A stretch of DNA of 64,000 bases, from IMG/VR virus record IMGVR_UViG_2863389319_000001, one strand, 5' to 3'. The notes beneath the pieces were generated by a model. That model had not been told where the DNA came from. It was given only the letters and a program-made list of their open reading frames with translations, and searched no databases. Made by a program: the position numbers and the translations under genes. How positions within the stretch are numbered: the first letter of the stretch is position 1; every line of letters starts with the position of its first letter. The DNA is from a virus (lineage: Duplodnaviria > Caudoviricetes). Shown in pieces: positions 1 to 9,393 of the stretch.

Positions 1-1227
1 TCAAGCCGCAAGCCAGGCGTCCACCGCCGTACGGCCGCGCTGCCCCTGATCCGGCATGAAGTGCGCGTAGGTCTTGAATGTGACGTCCGGTGAGGCGTGG
101 CCCATCCAGTGTGACAGAGAAACGGGGTCCTCGCGATAGCCGAGCTGAACGCTGGCGTAAGTGTGGCGGCACCGGTGGAACATCAGCTCGCGCGACGGCT
201 CCCAGCCTTCCACGTCGTCGCGGGGCTTGATGAGGCCGATCGAGACCAGTGCGCGCTTCCAGATGAGCTCGTTGAACCCGGTATTGCCCGACGAGTGGAT
301 CGGGTTCCCGAACGCGCTGGTCAGCAGAAGCGAGACCGTGGCGGTAGCACGCTCGCCGTTTCCTGGCCCTCTCCAGGGCAGCGTGCGCAGCGTCGGCGGG
401 TGTACGTCGATGTGCGCCCGTAGCGCCTTCAGCAGGCCCGGCGACAGGGGAATGTCTCGCTCCTTGTTGCCCTTTGGGAGCTTCAGGTACGGCTTACTCG
501 GGTCCCATTGGAGCTGGCGGCGGATGTGCAGAAAGCCGGCTTCCTCGTCGATGTCGTCGGGACTGAAGGCGAAGGCCTCGCCCTGGCGTAGCCCGGCCAT
601 GACGCCGAGGTCCACTGCGGCCTGGTAGCGGTCGGGCAAGGCGGCTCGGAGGCCTCGGACCTGATCGGCCGTCCACGCCCGCGCTTTGGTGTCGCCGGCG
701 CCGTTCGGGCGTTCGTCGGACATTTCCGTGCACGGGTTCTTGACGATCCGCTTGCCGACCGCGGTCTTGAGGATCGTCGTCAGGTGAATCCAGATGACCT
801 CGATGGTGGACTCGGCGAGCTTCTTGTCGCGCAGCGTGGCGAGCCATGCCCGCAGGTGCTCGGAGTCGATGAGGGCGAGGGGGAGGTGCCCGAGGTGTGG
901 CAGGATGTGGTTCCAGATCTTGGACTTCATGGATTGTCCGGTGGTCATCGGATCGCGTCGGGCTGGCCACCAGATCGTTTCGATGTACATGCGCAGGGTG
1001 ATCTGGCCGAGCCTGGGGTCGATGTAGTCACCGCGCCGGCTGTCGGTCTGGGCGCTGGCGAGCCAGGTCTTGGCGTCGGCGAGTGCGGCGAAGGACTCGT
1101 CTTTGACTCCTGGGATGCCACAGACGCGGTACCGCAGACCCTTGCCGTACTGCTCTTTGCGCCACTTCTTGCCGGTCTCGGGGTCGACGCGCTTGCTCAT
1201 CCAGCGGTCTTCGATGTAGCCGGGCAT
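1..1227 (-). CDS. int: Tyrosine recombinase / phage integrase
   Basis: GLRQGE (R), PKGNKER (K), FHRCRHTYAS (HxxR), MGHAS, TYAH (Y) catalytic motifs; N-terminal arm-binding region. Confidence 0.95.
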   Translation of the reverse strand: MPGYIEDRWMSKRVDPETGKKWRKEQYGKGLRYRVCGIPGVKDESFAALADAKTWLASAQTDSRRGDYIDPRLGQITLRMYIETIWWPARRDPMTTGQSMKSKIWNHILPHLGHLPLALIDSEHLRAWLATLRDKKLAESTIEVIWIHLTTILKTAVGKRIVKNPCTEMSDERPNGAGDTKARAWTADQVRGLRAALPDRYQAAVDLGVMAGLRQGEAFAFSPDDIDEEAGFLHIRRQLQWDPSKPYLKLPKGNKERDIPLSPGLLKALRAHIDVHPPTLRTLPWRGPGNGERATATVSLLLTSAFGNPIHSSGNTGFNELIWKRALVSIGLIKPRDDVEGWEPSRELMFHRCRHTYASVQLGYREDPVSLSHWMGHASPDVTFKTYAHFMPDQGQRGRTAVDAWLAA

Positions 1228-1269
1228 GCGGCCTCCTGGCGGTCGTCTGGTTCGGGAGGCCGGTGGGCG

Positions 1270-1590
1270 TCAGGCGCTGTCGGCCACCCGGATATCGTGC
1301 ACGACCCGGATTGGCCGGGTGGCGGATCTGACCGCTTTCGCCTCGTAGTTGACGCTGACAACTTCGCCGTGCCACTCCTGGAACCAGTGGCCTCCGGCGA
1401 GGACTGCGGCCACGCCCTCGTTGAGAGCGTCGATGATCTCCTGCGGCTCGAGGTAGCTTGCGATCTTGAAGATCACGTGGCCCCTCTCCTCGGTGATGTC
1501 GATGTCACGGTCGGAGGGGAGGTCATCCGCAAGTTCGAACTCAACGCTGATCACGTGGTGCTCCTGACGCTCTGTGCGCTGGCAGGGCAT
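1270..1590 (-). CDS. Hypothetical protein between integrase and repressor
   Basis: Acidic globular-looking ORF co-oriented with int and cI; start estimated at ATG 1590. Confidence 0.6.
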   Translation of the reverse strand: MPCQRTERQEHHVISVEFELADDLPSDRDIDITEERGHVIFKIASYLEPQEIIDALNEGVAAVLAGGHWFQEWHGEVVSVNYEAKAVRSATRPIRVVHDIRVADSA

Positions 1591-1696
1591 CACAGCGCCG
1601 AGTGTGTACGGAATGAGGACGCTAGCGATGAGGCGGCCAAGCTGCAAGAACTTGAGTGAAAGCTGAACAGATTCACAGGGCCCCGCCCACGCGGCG

Positions 1697-2128
1697 TCAG
1701 CTTGCCGCTGGCTCGTCCGCATCGGCCTGGACGGCTGCGTCGATCATGGCGCGTAGGCGGCGGCGTTCGCGGGGCGCCATGGCCGCAGCACGCACGATGA
1801 TGTGCCGCATGTCGTCGTCGTAGCCAGACAGTTCGAACGATTCCCATTCGAGCCACTGCGACGCTGCGGCCTCTTTGATTAGCCGGATCGGCTTGCCGAG
1901 GGCGCGGGCGACGGCTTCGAGTTCCGCAGGCTTGGGTGCGCTCAGGACGAGGCCTTGAGCCAGCTTCTGGAACCAGGGCTTGGACATGCCCCGCTCACCG
2001 CCCGACCCTACGGATTTGCGTTGCATGTCCATGTAGGACATGCCAGCCCTATTGGCCTCTAGGACCATGGTCGAGAGCCGTCCTGGGCGGCGGGCCGCGG
2101 CGGTCTCACTCGGCTCGTTCCTGGTCAC
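1697..2128 (-). CDS. XRE-like immunity repressor (cI-like)
   Basis: HTH-like SYMDMQRKS...SKPWFQKLAQG...ELEAVARALG; divergent from cro-like gene. Confidence 0.75.
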   Translation of the reverse strand: MTRNEPSETAAARRPGRLSTMVLEANRAGMSYMDMQRKSVGSGGERGMSKPWFQKLAQGLVLSAPKPAELEAVARALGKPIRLIKEAAASQWLEWESFELSGYDDDMRHIIVRAAAMAPRERRRLRAMIDAAVQADADEPAAS

Positions 2129-2287
2129 GACTACCCCATCCGTATAGGTTCTGCGCGTCCGATGGGGTCGGATCGTCGCAGTTCAGAGACGCTGCATCGT
2201 CGCAGCCTAGAGACATCTCGGATATACATCCATTGTCATGGCGCTCGCAGACCAGTCAAGAGCGCCGATTCAGCCGTCCTAATCTAT

Positions 2288-2341
2288 AGACGGACCGTCT
2301 CTGGCTATGCCAAGCTATACCCAGAACGGTGACGGAACGTC
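2288..2341. promoter_or_regulatory. Operator-like palindromes AGACGGACCGTCT (2288-2300) and GACGGAACGTC (2331-2341); third copy GACGGCCCGTC at 2581-2591
   Basis: Related GACGG-N-CCGTC palindromes in and after the cI/cro intergenic region. Confidence 0.55.
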
Positions 2342-2619
2342 CCACTCTGGAGATGACCTTGCCATCACGATCCAGACTGCACTCCCCAGACACCCTCCGC
2401 TGGATCATGGACCACCCGGGCGGCGGGACGCCCTTCACTGTCAGAGCCCTCGCCGAGGCCGCCCGCTGCCAGCCCGCCACCATAGGGCACCTGCTGGCCG
2501 GCCGATACCGCCGCACCGAGACCGCAACCGCAATTCGAATCGCCGAGACCCTGGGCTGCAGCTTGGCCACCCTTTTTATGGACGGCCCGTCTACGGATCC
2601 CGACGATGCGTCCATATGA
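2329..2619 (+). CDS. Cro-like XRE HTH regulator
   Basis: TVRALAEAARCQPATIGHLLAG...IAETLGCSLATLF HTH pattern. Confidence 0.8.
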   Translation: MTERPTLEMTLPSRSRLHSPDTLRWIMDHPGGGTPFTVRALAEAARCQPATIGHLLAGRYRRTETATAIRIAETLGCSLATLFMDGPSTDPDDASI

Positions 2620-2645
2620 CTAGACCACTCGAAGGAGTGAAGAGC

Positions 2646-2921
2646 ATGCCCGTCCCCGTGACCGCCCCTCCGCCGCCCGGCTGCCTCTGGATCGAGCAGG
2701 CCGCCGAGCGACTCGGCATCAAGCCGGGAACGCTGCACAAATGGCGCCAGAAGCGCCGCGGCCCAGCGAGCTTCAAGCACGCCGGCCGGGTCACCTACCG
2801 CGAGATCGCGCTGGAGAGGTACCTGGCCGAATGCGAGGCGGCGGACAGTCACTCGAACCCGGCGCTCAATCCGCTCCTGCGTGCGCCGGAGCCGCACATT
2901 CGACGCTCGCGCGCCGCCTGA
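2646..2921 (+). CDS. xis: Excisionase-like winged HTH (AlpA/HTH_17)
   Basis: QAAERLGIKPGTLHKWRQKRRGPASFKHAGRVTY; upstream GAAGGAG. Confidence 0.8.
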   Translation: MPVPVTAPPPPGCLWIEQAAERLGIKPGTLHKWRQKRRGPASFKHAGRVTYREIALERYLAECEAADSHSNPALNPLLRAPEPHIRRSRAA

Positions 2922-2997
2922 ACCAAAAGCGGGCCGCCCGGTTGCGACCCGGACGACCCAGGCCCACCCCAGCAACCATCACGAAGAGGAGCAGGCC

Positions 2998-3282
2998 GTG
3001 AGCCAGCTTACCGATCACCGCCCGACGGTCACCGTCGGCACCCTGTACGACCTGAACGAGCGCTACCTGGCCGCAGCCAAGTGTTCCCTGGCGGTCAGCA
3101 GCCGCACCGAGATCCGCGACGGCATCCGGTTCGGCCTCGGCGGCCTGAACTGGCGGGTCAGCACCCCGGACGCCTCCTACGAGGTGGTCACCGGCGAGGA
3201 CGAGGTTCTGCCGGACCTGCCAGTCGTCCGTGCCGGCTGGCCGTTCGCGTTCACCTCCGACGTTCGGGGCGTGGCGGCATGA
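2998..3282 (+). CDS. Hypothetical phage protein
   Basis: GAGGAG RBS + GTG; coupled to next ORF. Confidence 0.6.
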   Translation: MSQLTDHRPTVTVGTLYDLNERYLAAAKCSLAVSSRTEIRDGIRFGLGGLNWRVSTPDASYEVVTGEDEVLPDLPVVRAGWPFAFTSDVRGVAA

Positions 3283-3455
3283 GCACGACCATCAAGGAGC
3301 CGTCCCAGCAGGAGTGGCAGCACGAGATCGACCTGTTTCAGGCGTTCTGCGACCGCTGTGGCAGGAACCCTCTGTGCTGGTCGGTGCAGACGCGCCGCCT
3401 GTTCCGCAAGCAGGTGCAGCGCTGCCGGAAGCACGACCGGGCCGGTGCGCGGTGA
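3279..3455 (+). CDS. Small Cys-containing hypothetical protein
   Basis: ATGA overlap; CDRC motif. Confidence 0.5.
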   Translation: MSTTIKEPSQQEWQHEIDLFQAFCDRCGRNPLCWSVQTRRLFRKQVQRCRKHDRAGAR

Positions 3456-3643
3456 CGGCCCGCCAGGTGATCGCCCACTGGCGCTACCGCCGGGCCGTCC
3501 ACGCCAAGCAGCAGTGCTGCGGCGGCTTGTGCAGCACCTCGGTCGAGGCGCGGGCCACCAGGTTCCTGTGCCCGTGTGGCTGCGGTAGGCCCCCGGGCCA
3601 GCACAACCCGAACGTCATCAGCGAGTTGAGGAGCGCGGCCTGA
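3452..3643 (+). CDS. Small Cys-rich hypothetical protein
   Basis: GTGA overlap; CCGGLC, CPCGCG. Confidence 0.5.
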   Translation: MTARQVIAHWRYRRAVHAKQQCCGGLCSTSVEARATRFLCPCGCGRPPGQHNPNVISELRSAA

Positions 3644-4083
3644 TGAGTACGACACCTGAGTGGGTTAAGCGGCGCGCCGAGATGCTCCTCGGCAGTGCTG
3701 CCAATACGCCGGCCGAGATGGTCAGGCTCCTCGACGATGCCGGTCTGCTTCTGCCTGCGGCGAGCATGGTCCCTGCGCCGTATCCGATCACGGTCCGCCA
3801 AACGGGCTTGGGTGTTGAGATCAGCATGCTGACCCTCGTCTCCGCGCTGATCACGGCGCTGGCCGCCGAGAGCACCGAGGACCCCGAGGGTCTGGCCGAC
3901 GAGCTCGCCGAGATCGATGCCGCGTCCGGCCCGGAGCGGGACGAGCTGCTGCAGGCCCTGGTCGATCGTCTCGGCGGGGCGACGCAGTCTCTCGGTGCGA
4001 CCGCGGCGCGGGACCTGGCTGAGCGGCTGCTGGCCGCGGTCGGGCCCGTCCTCCCGGCGCAGCAGGATCGGAGCGCGGCGTGA
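3643..4083 (+). CDS. Hypothetical phage protein
   Basis: TGATG coupling, Ala/Leu/Glu-rich helical ORF. Confidence 0.65.
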   Translation: MSTTPEWVKRRAEMLLGSAANTPAEMVRLLDDAGLLLPAASMVPAPYPITVRQTGLGVEISMLTLVSALITALAAESTEDPEGLADELAEIDAASGPERDELLQALVDRLGGATQSLGATAARDLAERLLAAVGPVLPAQQDRSAA

Positions 4084-4907
4084 CCGAGCCTCGCCTCGCC
4101 AAACCCACCGAGCACGGCCGGTACTACACCGACCCGGCTGGCGGCCCGGACCTGATCTCTGTCACCAATGTCCTCGACACCTCGGTCCACAAGCACGCCC
4201 TCCGGCCCTGGGCCGTGAGGCTGACCGTCGAGTGGGTCCTGGAGCACCGCATCGAGGTCGCCCGCCGGGCAATCACCGACCGGGCTGCGCTCGTCCATGA
4301 GCTGAAGGCCGTCAGTCAGGCCGTCTCCGAGGCGGCGGCGGATCTCGGCACCCGGGTCCACCTCGCCTGCGAGCAGCGCCTTTTGCGGGCGCCGATCCCG
4401 AACGACGCCCAGGTGCGCCCGTACCTGCGCCGCTTCGACATGTGGCTGGCGGAGTGGGGGGTGGACATCGATCGTGATGTCGTCGCAACTGAGATCACCG
4501 TGCTGCACCGGCGACTTGGCTATGCCGGCACGGCGGATCTGATGATTTGGCTGCCGACCGGCCCCGGCGCCCGAATGGAGCTGTGGCTGATCGACTACAA
4601 GTCGAGTGCCACCCGCTCCGCCCGGTCGGTGTACGCGGAGAACTCGCAGCAGCTCGCTGCGTTGCGGTTCGCCGAGGCGGTCCTGCTGCCGGACGACACC
4701 GACGGTGGGATGCCGGCGATCGAACGGACCGCGGTCCTCAACCTGCGGCAGAGGTCGCACGCCCTCGTCGAGATGCCCGGCAATCAGGACGCGTTCCGCG
4801 CGTTCCGCGGGGCCTTGGTCAACGCCCAGTGGCACCACGCCGCACCCTCCTCCTATCCGGCGCTGACTCCTCCCGTGAGTGCCTCGACCCTTCGAAAGGC
4901 GGCATGA
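4080..4907 (+). CDS. PD-(D/E)XK (Cas4/RecB-like) phage exonuclease
   Basis: SVTNVL, GTRVH, GYAGTAD, IDYKS, QLAAL motifs. Confidence 0.85.
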   Translation: MTEPRLAKPTEHGRYYTDPAGGPDLISVTNVLDTSVHKHALRPWAVRLTVEWVLEHRIEVARRAITDRAALVHELKAVSQAVSEAAADLGTRVHLACEQRLLRAPIPNDAQVRPYLRRFDMWLAEWGVDIDRDVVATEITVLHRRLGYAGTADLMIWLPTGPGARMELWLIDYKSSATRSARSVYAENSQQLAALRFAEAVLLPDDTDGGMPAIERTAVLNLRQRSHALVEMPGNQDAFRAFRGALVNAQWHHAAPSSYPALTPPVSASTLRKAA

Positions 4908-4908
4908 C

Positions 4909-5976
4909 ATGGCTGGACGCATCCTTACTCTCCAGCGTCAGGCCCGCGAACTGGGGCGCCTGCGCACCGGGTGGAGTGTCCCGAATGCCGACCCGAAGAA
5001 GCGGCCCCGCCCGGTCAAGTCCAAGACCTGGGTGCTCAGCTCACATGCCGAGCGCTACGTGCAGGCTGCCGCCGAGATGTGGGGCGGAACCGTAGAGCGG
5101 TGGCAGCCGCAAGGCGCCGGAGCCCCACAGTTCCGGGTGATCACCGAGCGGGAGTCCATCGACGCGCTCCTGCCTCCCGGCGACCCGCTGTCGCAGCACA
5201 ACGAGATGTGGAACAAGGGCGGCTGCATGCGCCGCTGCAACGGCGAAACCGAGCTTCTCTCCCGCAACCCCTGCCTCTGCGCATCCCAATTCGGCGAGGA
5301 CTGGCATTTGGCGCCGCGCGGGCCCAAGGGCGAGCCGCAGGTCTGCTCGGCCACTTCGAGGCTGAACGTCATGCTGCCCGACATGCCCGACGTGGGCGTC
5401 TGGAGGGCCGAGACGCACAGTTTCTACGCCGCCAACGAGCTGGCTGGCACCGTGGACATGGTTCTGTCCGGAACAAATGGCAAGGGCTTGGTTCCCGTGA
5501 CGCTGCGGATCGAGCCGCGTTCCCGAGTCGCCGGCGGGATGAGGAAAGACTTCCCGGTGGTAGTCGTTGAGATCCGTGGGATCACGCCGCGTCAGGCGCT
5601 GTCCGGCCCGCTGTCGACGGCGGTGGCGTTGAACCCGGGGGCAGCCCCAACGGCACTGGCGATCGAAGCCCCGAAGAAGACGGACTGGGTCGCCCTCGCC
5701 AAGGGGGCACTGACCTCGGATGACGTCCGTGGGCTGTGGATGCAGGCTCAGGACGCCGGCGACGTGCACCCCAAGGGCGCCGATCCGCTGTCGAAGGAGC
5801 TGATGGCGATCGCAGCGCTGAAGGATGAGGAGCACGAGGCGTCCAAGCGGCCGGCGGCCGCTCTGCTGACTCCCGATGAGGATGGCGCCATTGAAGGCGA
5901 AGTCGTTGAGGACGAGCCCTCGGGGAACTTGAAGGCCGTTTGGCCGAAGGTTGCGGTCCCTGGGGGTGCCCGTTGA
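4909..5976 (+). CDS. Gp3-like (phiC31 RDF-like) recombination protein
   Basis: ILTLQRQARELGRLRTG N-terminus, RRCNG/CLC/C..TSRLNVML, GVWRAETHSFYAANEL; follows exonuclease. Confidence 0.6.
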   Translation: MAGRILTLQRQARELGRLRTGWSVPNADPKKRPRPVKSKTWVLSSHAERYVQAAAEMWGGTVERWQPQGAGAPQFRVITERESIDALLPPGDPLSQHNEMWNKGGCMRRCNGETELLSRNPCLCASQFGEDWHLAPRGPKGEPQVCSATSRLNVMLPDMPDVGVWRAETHSFYAANELAGTVDMVLSGTNGKGLVPVTLRIEPRSRVAGGMRKDFPVVVVEIRGITPRQALSGPLSTAVALNPGAAPTALAIEAPKKTDWVALAKGALTSDDVRGLWMQAQDAGDVHPKGADPLSKELMAIAALKDEEHEASKRPAAALLTPDEDGAIEGEVVEDEPSGNLKAVWPKVAVPGGAR

Positions 5977-6734
5977 ATGCCTTTGCTGGCGTCCGCAAGG
6001 TCGGCTTCGACACCGAGACCACCTCCGCTGATCCCGACGAAGCGCGGATCGTCACTGCTGCCCTCGTCGTTCGCGGCGGCAGCCGGCCGGATCAGGACTT
6101 CACCTGGCTGATCGATCCCGGCGTTCCGATCCCCGACGAGGCCGCCGGGATTCACGGCATCACCACGGAGATCGCCAAGGCCAAGGGGCAGCAGCCCCGG
6201 GTCGCATTGGAGGACCTGGCGTCGAAGCTGGCCGCCGCTCTCCGGGCGCACATGCCAGTCATTGCCTACAACCTCGGCTTTGACTGGACGGTCCTCGATC
6301 GGGACCTCGCCCGGCATGGCCTCGCGTCGATGACCGAGCGGCTTGCCCCGCTCGCGCCGATCACCCTGCTTGACCCGCACATCATCGACAAGGAGCTCGA
6401 CAAGTACCGCAGGGGCTCCCGAAAGCTGCAACCGACCTGCGAGCTCTACGGGGTCACGCTGACGGACTGGCACACCGCAGAGGCTGACGCGCTCGCCGCG
6501 CTGCTCCTCACCGAGAAGCTGTTCGAGCGCTACCCGCGGCTGGCCCAGATGACGCCCGCCGCGGTGTTCAATGCGCAGCAGGAGTGGCGGCGGACGTGGG
6601 CTGAGCAGTTCCAGGACTATCTCCGGTCGGATAAGGCTGGCGAGAAGCGGGACCCAGCTGCGGTGATCGACGGGTCGTGGCCGCTTCGCCCTCGCCAGGC
6701 GGTGGCGACCAGCGGAGTTGCCCTCCCGCCGTAG
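5973..6734 (+). CDS. DEDDh 3'-5' exonuclease (DnaQ-like)
   Basis: FDTETT, IHGIT, AYNLGFDW, HTAEADA motifs. Confidence 0.9.
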   Translation: MNAFAGVRKVGFDTETTSADPDEARIVTAALVVRGGSRPDQDFTWLIDPGVPIPDEAAGIHGITTEIAKAKGQQPRVALEDLASKLAAALRAHMPVIAYNLGFDWTVLDRDLARHGLASMTERLAPLAPITLLDPHIIDKELDKYRRGSRKLQPTCELYGVTLTDWHTAEADALAALLLTEKLFERYPRLAQMTPAAVFNAQQEWRRTWAEQFQDYLRSDKAGEKRDPAAVIDGSWPLRPRQAVATSGVALPP

Positions 6735-6967
6735 TCCCCGGGATCCCGGGCGAGCAGGTGCAGGTGCTGTCTCTGCTCGCCCGGGGCCTGGACTTCCCGC
6801 AGATCTCCAAGCAGTACGGGATCCCCGTCAACGAGGCCCGGCTGCACCTCCGGACCGCGATGCAAACCCTCGGTGCTCTCAGCCCCACCCACGCCGTCAC
6901 CCTCGCGATCGCCGCCCGCATCCTGCCCGCCGACGTCGCCAACCCCCAGGAGCAGAGCCCATGCTGA
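6677..6967 (+). CDS. LuxR-type HTH-only protein
   Basis: VLSLLARGLDFPQIS...LGALSPTHAVTLA; true start uncertain. Confidence 0.6.
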   Translation: MAASPSPGGGDQRSCPPAVVPGIPGEQVQVLSLLARGLDFPQISKQYGIPVNEARLHLRTAMQTLGALSPTHAVTLAIAARILPADVANPQEQSPC

Positions 6968-7401
6968 ACCGCAAGAACCGCCAGATACGGACCCTCCAGA
7001 CCCGCCTCGACCGAGTGATCGAGCAGCGAGACGAAGCCATCGTCGGACGTGACGAGGCGATCCAGCTCAGCAGCCGGCTCGCGCAGAAGGCCACCGCCGC
7101 GGCCGAGCACGCCAACCGGGCCGCCCACGCCTGGGGGTACGTCGTCAAGGACGCCAACCGGGCCGAGGCACTGTTCGGCCGGGCGATGGCCGCCAGACGG
7201 GCCGAGTCGAGACGGCTGCACCGGATCATCGACGAGCAGCGACGCCAGCTCCGCTACAAAGAGGTCGAGTTGAACAGCGAGCGGGAACGCAGCCGCAAGC
7301 TCGACCAACAGCTGGCGATCCTTGAGGCCGCCAACCGGGAGTCGGACTGGCGGTTCGGGATCAACGCACCAACTGACCAGCCGCTCAAGGCCGCGTCATG
7401 A
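6961..7401 (+). CDS. Coiled-coil hypothetical protein
   Basis: AGGAG RBS; Arg/Glu/Ala heptad-like composition. Confidence 0.6.
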   Translation: MLNRKNRQIRTLQTRLDRVIEQRDEAIVGRDEAIQLSSRLAQKATAAAEHANRAAHAWGYVVKDANRAEALFGRAMAARRAESRRLHRIIDEQRRQLRYKEVELNSERERSRKLDQQLAILEAANRESDWRFGINAPTDQPLKAAS

Positions 7402-7625
7402 GAGGCCTGCTCGGCGACGGCGGCCTCCTGGCTGCCGCACTGAGCGCCGCGACGCTACTCATCCGCCGCACTCAACCAGCGGACACTGGAGCCCTGTTCG
7501 GCATCCTGCAGGCCTTCCACCGCTGCCCCGACTGCCAGCGCGACACCGCGCACGTCATCCACTCCAGCGTCTGCCGCACCTGCTCGGACTGCGGCCACCG
7601 CACTTACCCAGGGGACCCGCTGTGA
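7398..7625 (+). CDS. Small membrane-anchored zinc-ribbon protein
   Basis: Hydrophobic N-terminus, CPDC...CSDC. Confidence 0.55.
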   Translation: MRGLLGDGGLLAAALSAATLLIRRTQPADTGALFGILQAFHRCPDCQRDTAHVIHSSVCRTCSDCGHRTYPGDPL

Positions 7626-7883
7626 GCATCCACCTGCCTGCCTCCCCGGCCGAGGCTCCCGCCACTCCCCCGTGCCAGCCGACCGCAACTGGCCAGCCGC
7701 GACTGCTGATCCGCGTCATCCCCGCCTGGGCGCGTCCCGGCGGCTACGGGCCCGGCGACGTCCCGCAAATGCGCCGGACCGGCGCATGACCTTCCTGATC
7801 CACCACCCGACCGTAGACGCCGCGCTCCTCCTCGGCGTCGCAGGCGCCACCCTCACCACACTCGCCCTCATCTGGAGCCGAGA

Positions 7884-8498
7884 ATGACCGATCTCCTTGA
7901 CCCACTCGCCCCGACTATCGCCACCACCGGACCCGTCGTCATCGGCCTCGACCCCGCCATCGGGTCCTACGACTCCACCGGAACCGGCATCGCCTCCTCC
8001 AACGGCTGGACCGACACCGTCGGCTACCTCGACCGCCGCAACAAGAAGAAGCCGTTCAGTGGCCTCCCCCATCCTCAGCGACTGGACGTCCTCACCAACA
8101 TCGCAGCCCGCGTCATCCTCCACGCTGGCCAGCCCGACCTCGTCGTCATGGAACTCCCCGCCCCCTCCCGAAGTGGCGGCGCGAGTCACGAGCGAGCCTG
8201 GCTCTGGTGGGAGCTGTACCGGCGACTCACCAGCCGGGACACTCCCGTCGCGCTTCTGACCCCCAACCAGCGTGCGCTGTACGCCACCGGCAAGGGCACT
8301 GCCGCTAAGGCCGTGGTCGTCGACGCTGTCGCCCGCCGCTGGCCGGGTTGGACCACCGACGGCGACGACAACCTCGCCGACGCCGTCGTCCTCATGGCCG
8401 CCGGCCGCGACTACCTCGGCCACGCCATCACCGACATGCCGAAGGCCAACCGCGCCGCCATCGGGACGGCCATCTGGCCGGACACGGCGGTGGCGTGA
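7884..8498 (+). CDS. RuvC-like Holliday junction resolvase
   Basis: VIGLDP, VVME, YATGKGTAAK, DDNLADA motifs. Confidence 0.8.
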   Translation: MTDLLDPLAPTIATTGPVVIGLDPAIGSYDSTGTGIASSNGWTDTVGYLDRRNKKKPFSGLPHPQRLDVLTNIAARVILHAGQPDLVVMELPAPSRSGGASHERAWLWWELYRRLTSRDTPVALLTPNQRALYATGKGTAAKAVVVDAVARRWPGWTTDGDDNLADAVVLMAAGRDYLGHAITDMPKANRAAIGTAIWPDTAVA

Positions 8499-8782
8499 TG
8501 GCCCAGGCGCGCGTCTTCGAGATCAACCGCCCGGCACTCCGCGGGCTCTGTGACCTGGACGACTCCCACGTCTGGGACGCCGAGACCGAACCCGACCGCG
8601 ACTACGCCAAACGCGTCTGCGGCCACTGCCCCATCGAAGCCGCCTGCCTCACCAACGCCCTTGAAGAGGAAGGCAGTTCGCTCCCAGCGGTCCGCGCTGG
8701 CGTCCGCGGAGGCCTCACTCCCCAAGAGCGCCACGCACTCTGGCGCCGCATCCACCGCACCGACAGGAAGGCAGCAGCCTGA
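8498..8782 (+). CDS. WhiB-family regulator
   Basis: Four Cys (C...CGHC...C) and [11 protein letters not shown] (G[IV]WGG variant). Confidence 0.85.
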   Translation: MAQARVFEINRPALRGLCDLDDSHVWDAETEPDRDYAKRVCGHCPIEAACLTNALEEEGSSLPAVRAGVRGGLTPQERHALWRRIHRTDRKAAA

Positions 8783-9297
8783 TGGCCAACGAGACCGTGA
8801 TCACCGTGTGCGGCAATGCAGTCGAGGACGCTCAGTTGAGGTTCACCCCCTCCGGCGCTGCGGTGGCCAACTTCCGCATCGCCTCCACCCCACGCACCTT
8901 CAACAAGCAGACCAACGCCTGGGAAGACGGCGAAACGCTGTTCCTGCGCGTCAACGCCTGGCGGGAGATGGCCGAGAACATCGCGGCCTCGGTCGCTAAA
9001 GGGACCGCCCTGATCGTCCAAGGCCGGCTCAGGATGCGCGAGTACGAGAAGGACGGGCAGAAGCGGCAGTCCCTCGAGATCGAGGCCGACGATGTCGCGG
9101 TGTCCCTGCGCCGGGCCACCGCGGTCGTCACGAAGGCCCAGCGCGGCCAGTCCGGGCAGCAGCGCCAGGCACCGCAGCAGGACCCGTGGAGCCAGCAGTC
9201 TGGGCCGCCCGCCAGCAACAGGTGGGGCAACAGCGGCCCGCAGGCCACCCAGGGATGGGGGGCCTCGAACGGCAACCCGGAACGGCCCCCGTTCTGA
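8782..9297 (+). CDS. ssb: Single-stranded DNA-binding protein
   Basis: [23 protein letters not shown]-terminal PPF. Confidence 0.95.
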   Translation: MANETVITVCGNAVEDAQLRFTPSGAAVANFRIASTPRTFNKQTNAWEDGETLFLRVNAWREMAENIAASVAKGTALIVQGRLRMREYEKDGQKRQSLEIEADDVAVSLRRATAVVTKAQRGQSGQQRQAPQQDPWSQQSGPPASNRWGNSGPQATQGWGASNGNPERPPF

Positions 9298-9393
9298 CCC
9301 GTACGCACCAAAACTCCCGGCCGGACCACTCCGCCGGCCGGGCCCACCCGGCGCCCTCACGCCCCCGAACCGACCATCCGAAAGAAGCCCCGC

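Noticed and set aside
4080-4907. Cas4-like nuclease suggesting CRISPR
   Set aside because: No repeat-spacer array or other cas genes; context is a phage recombination module
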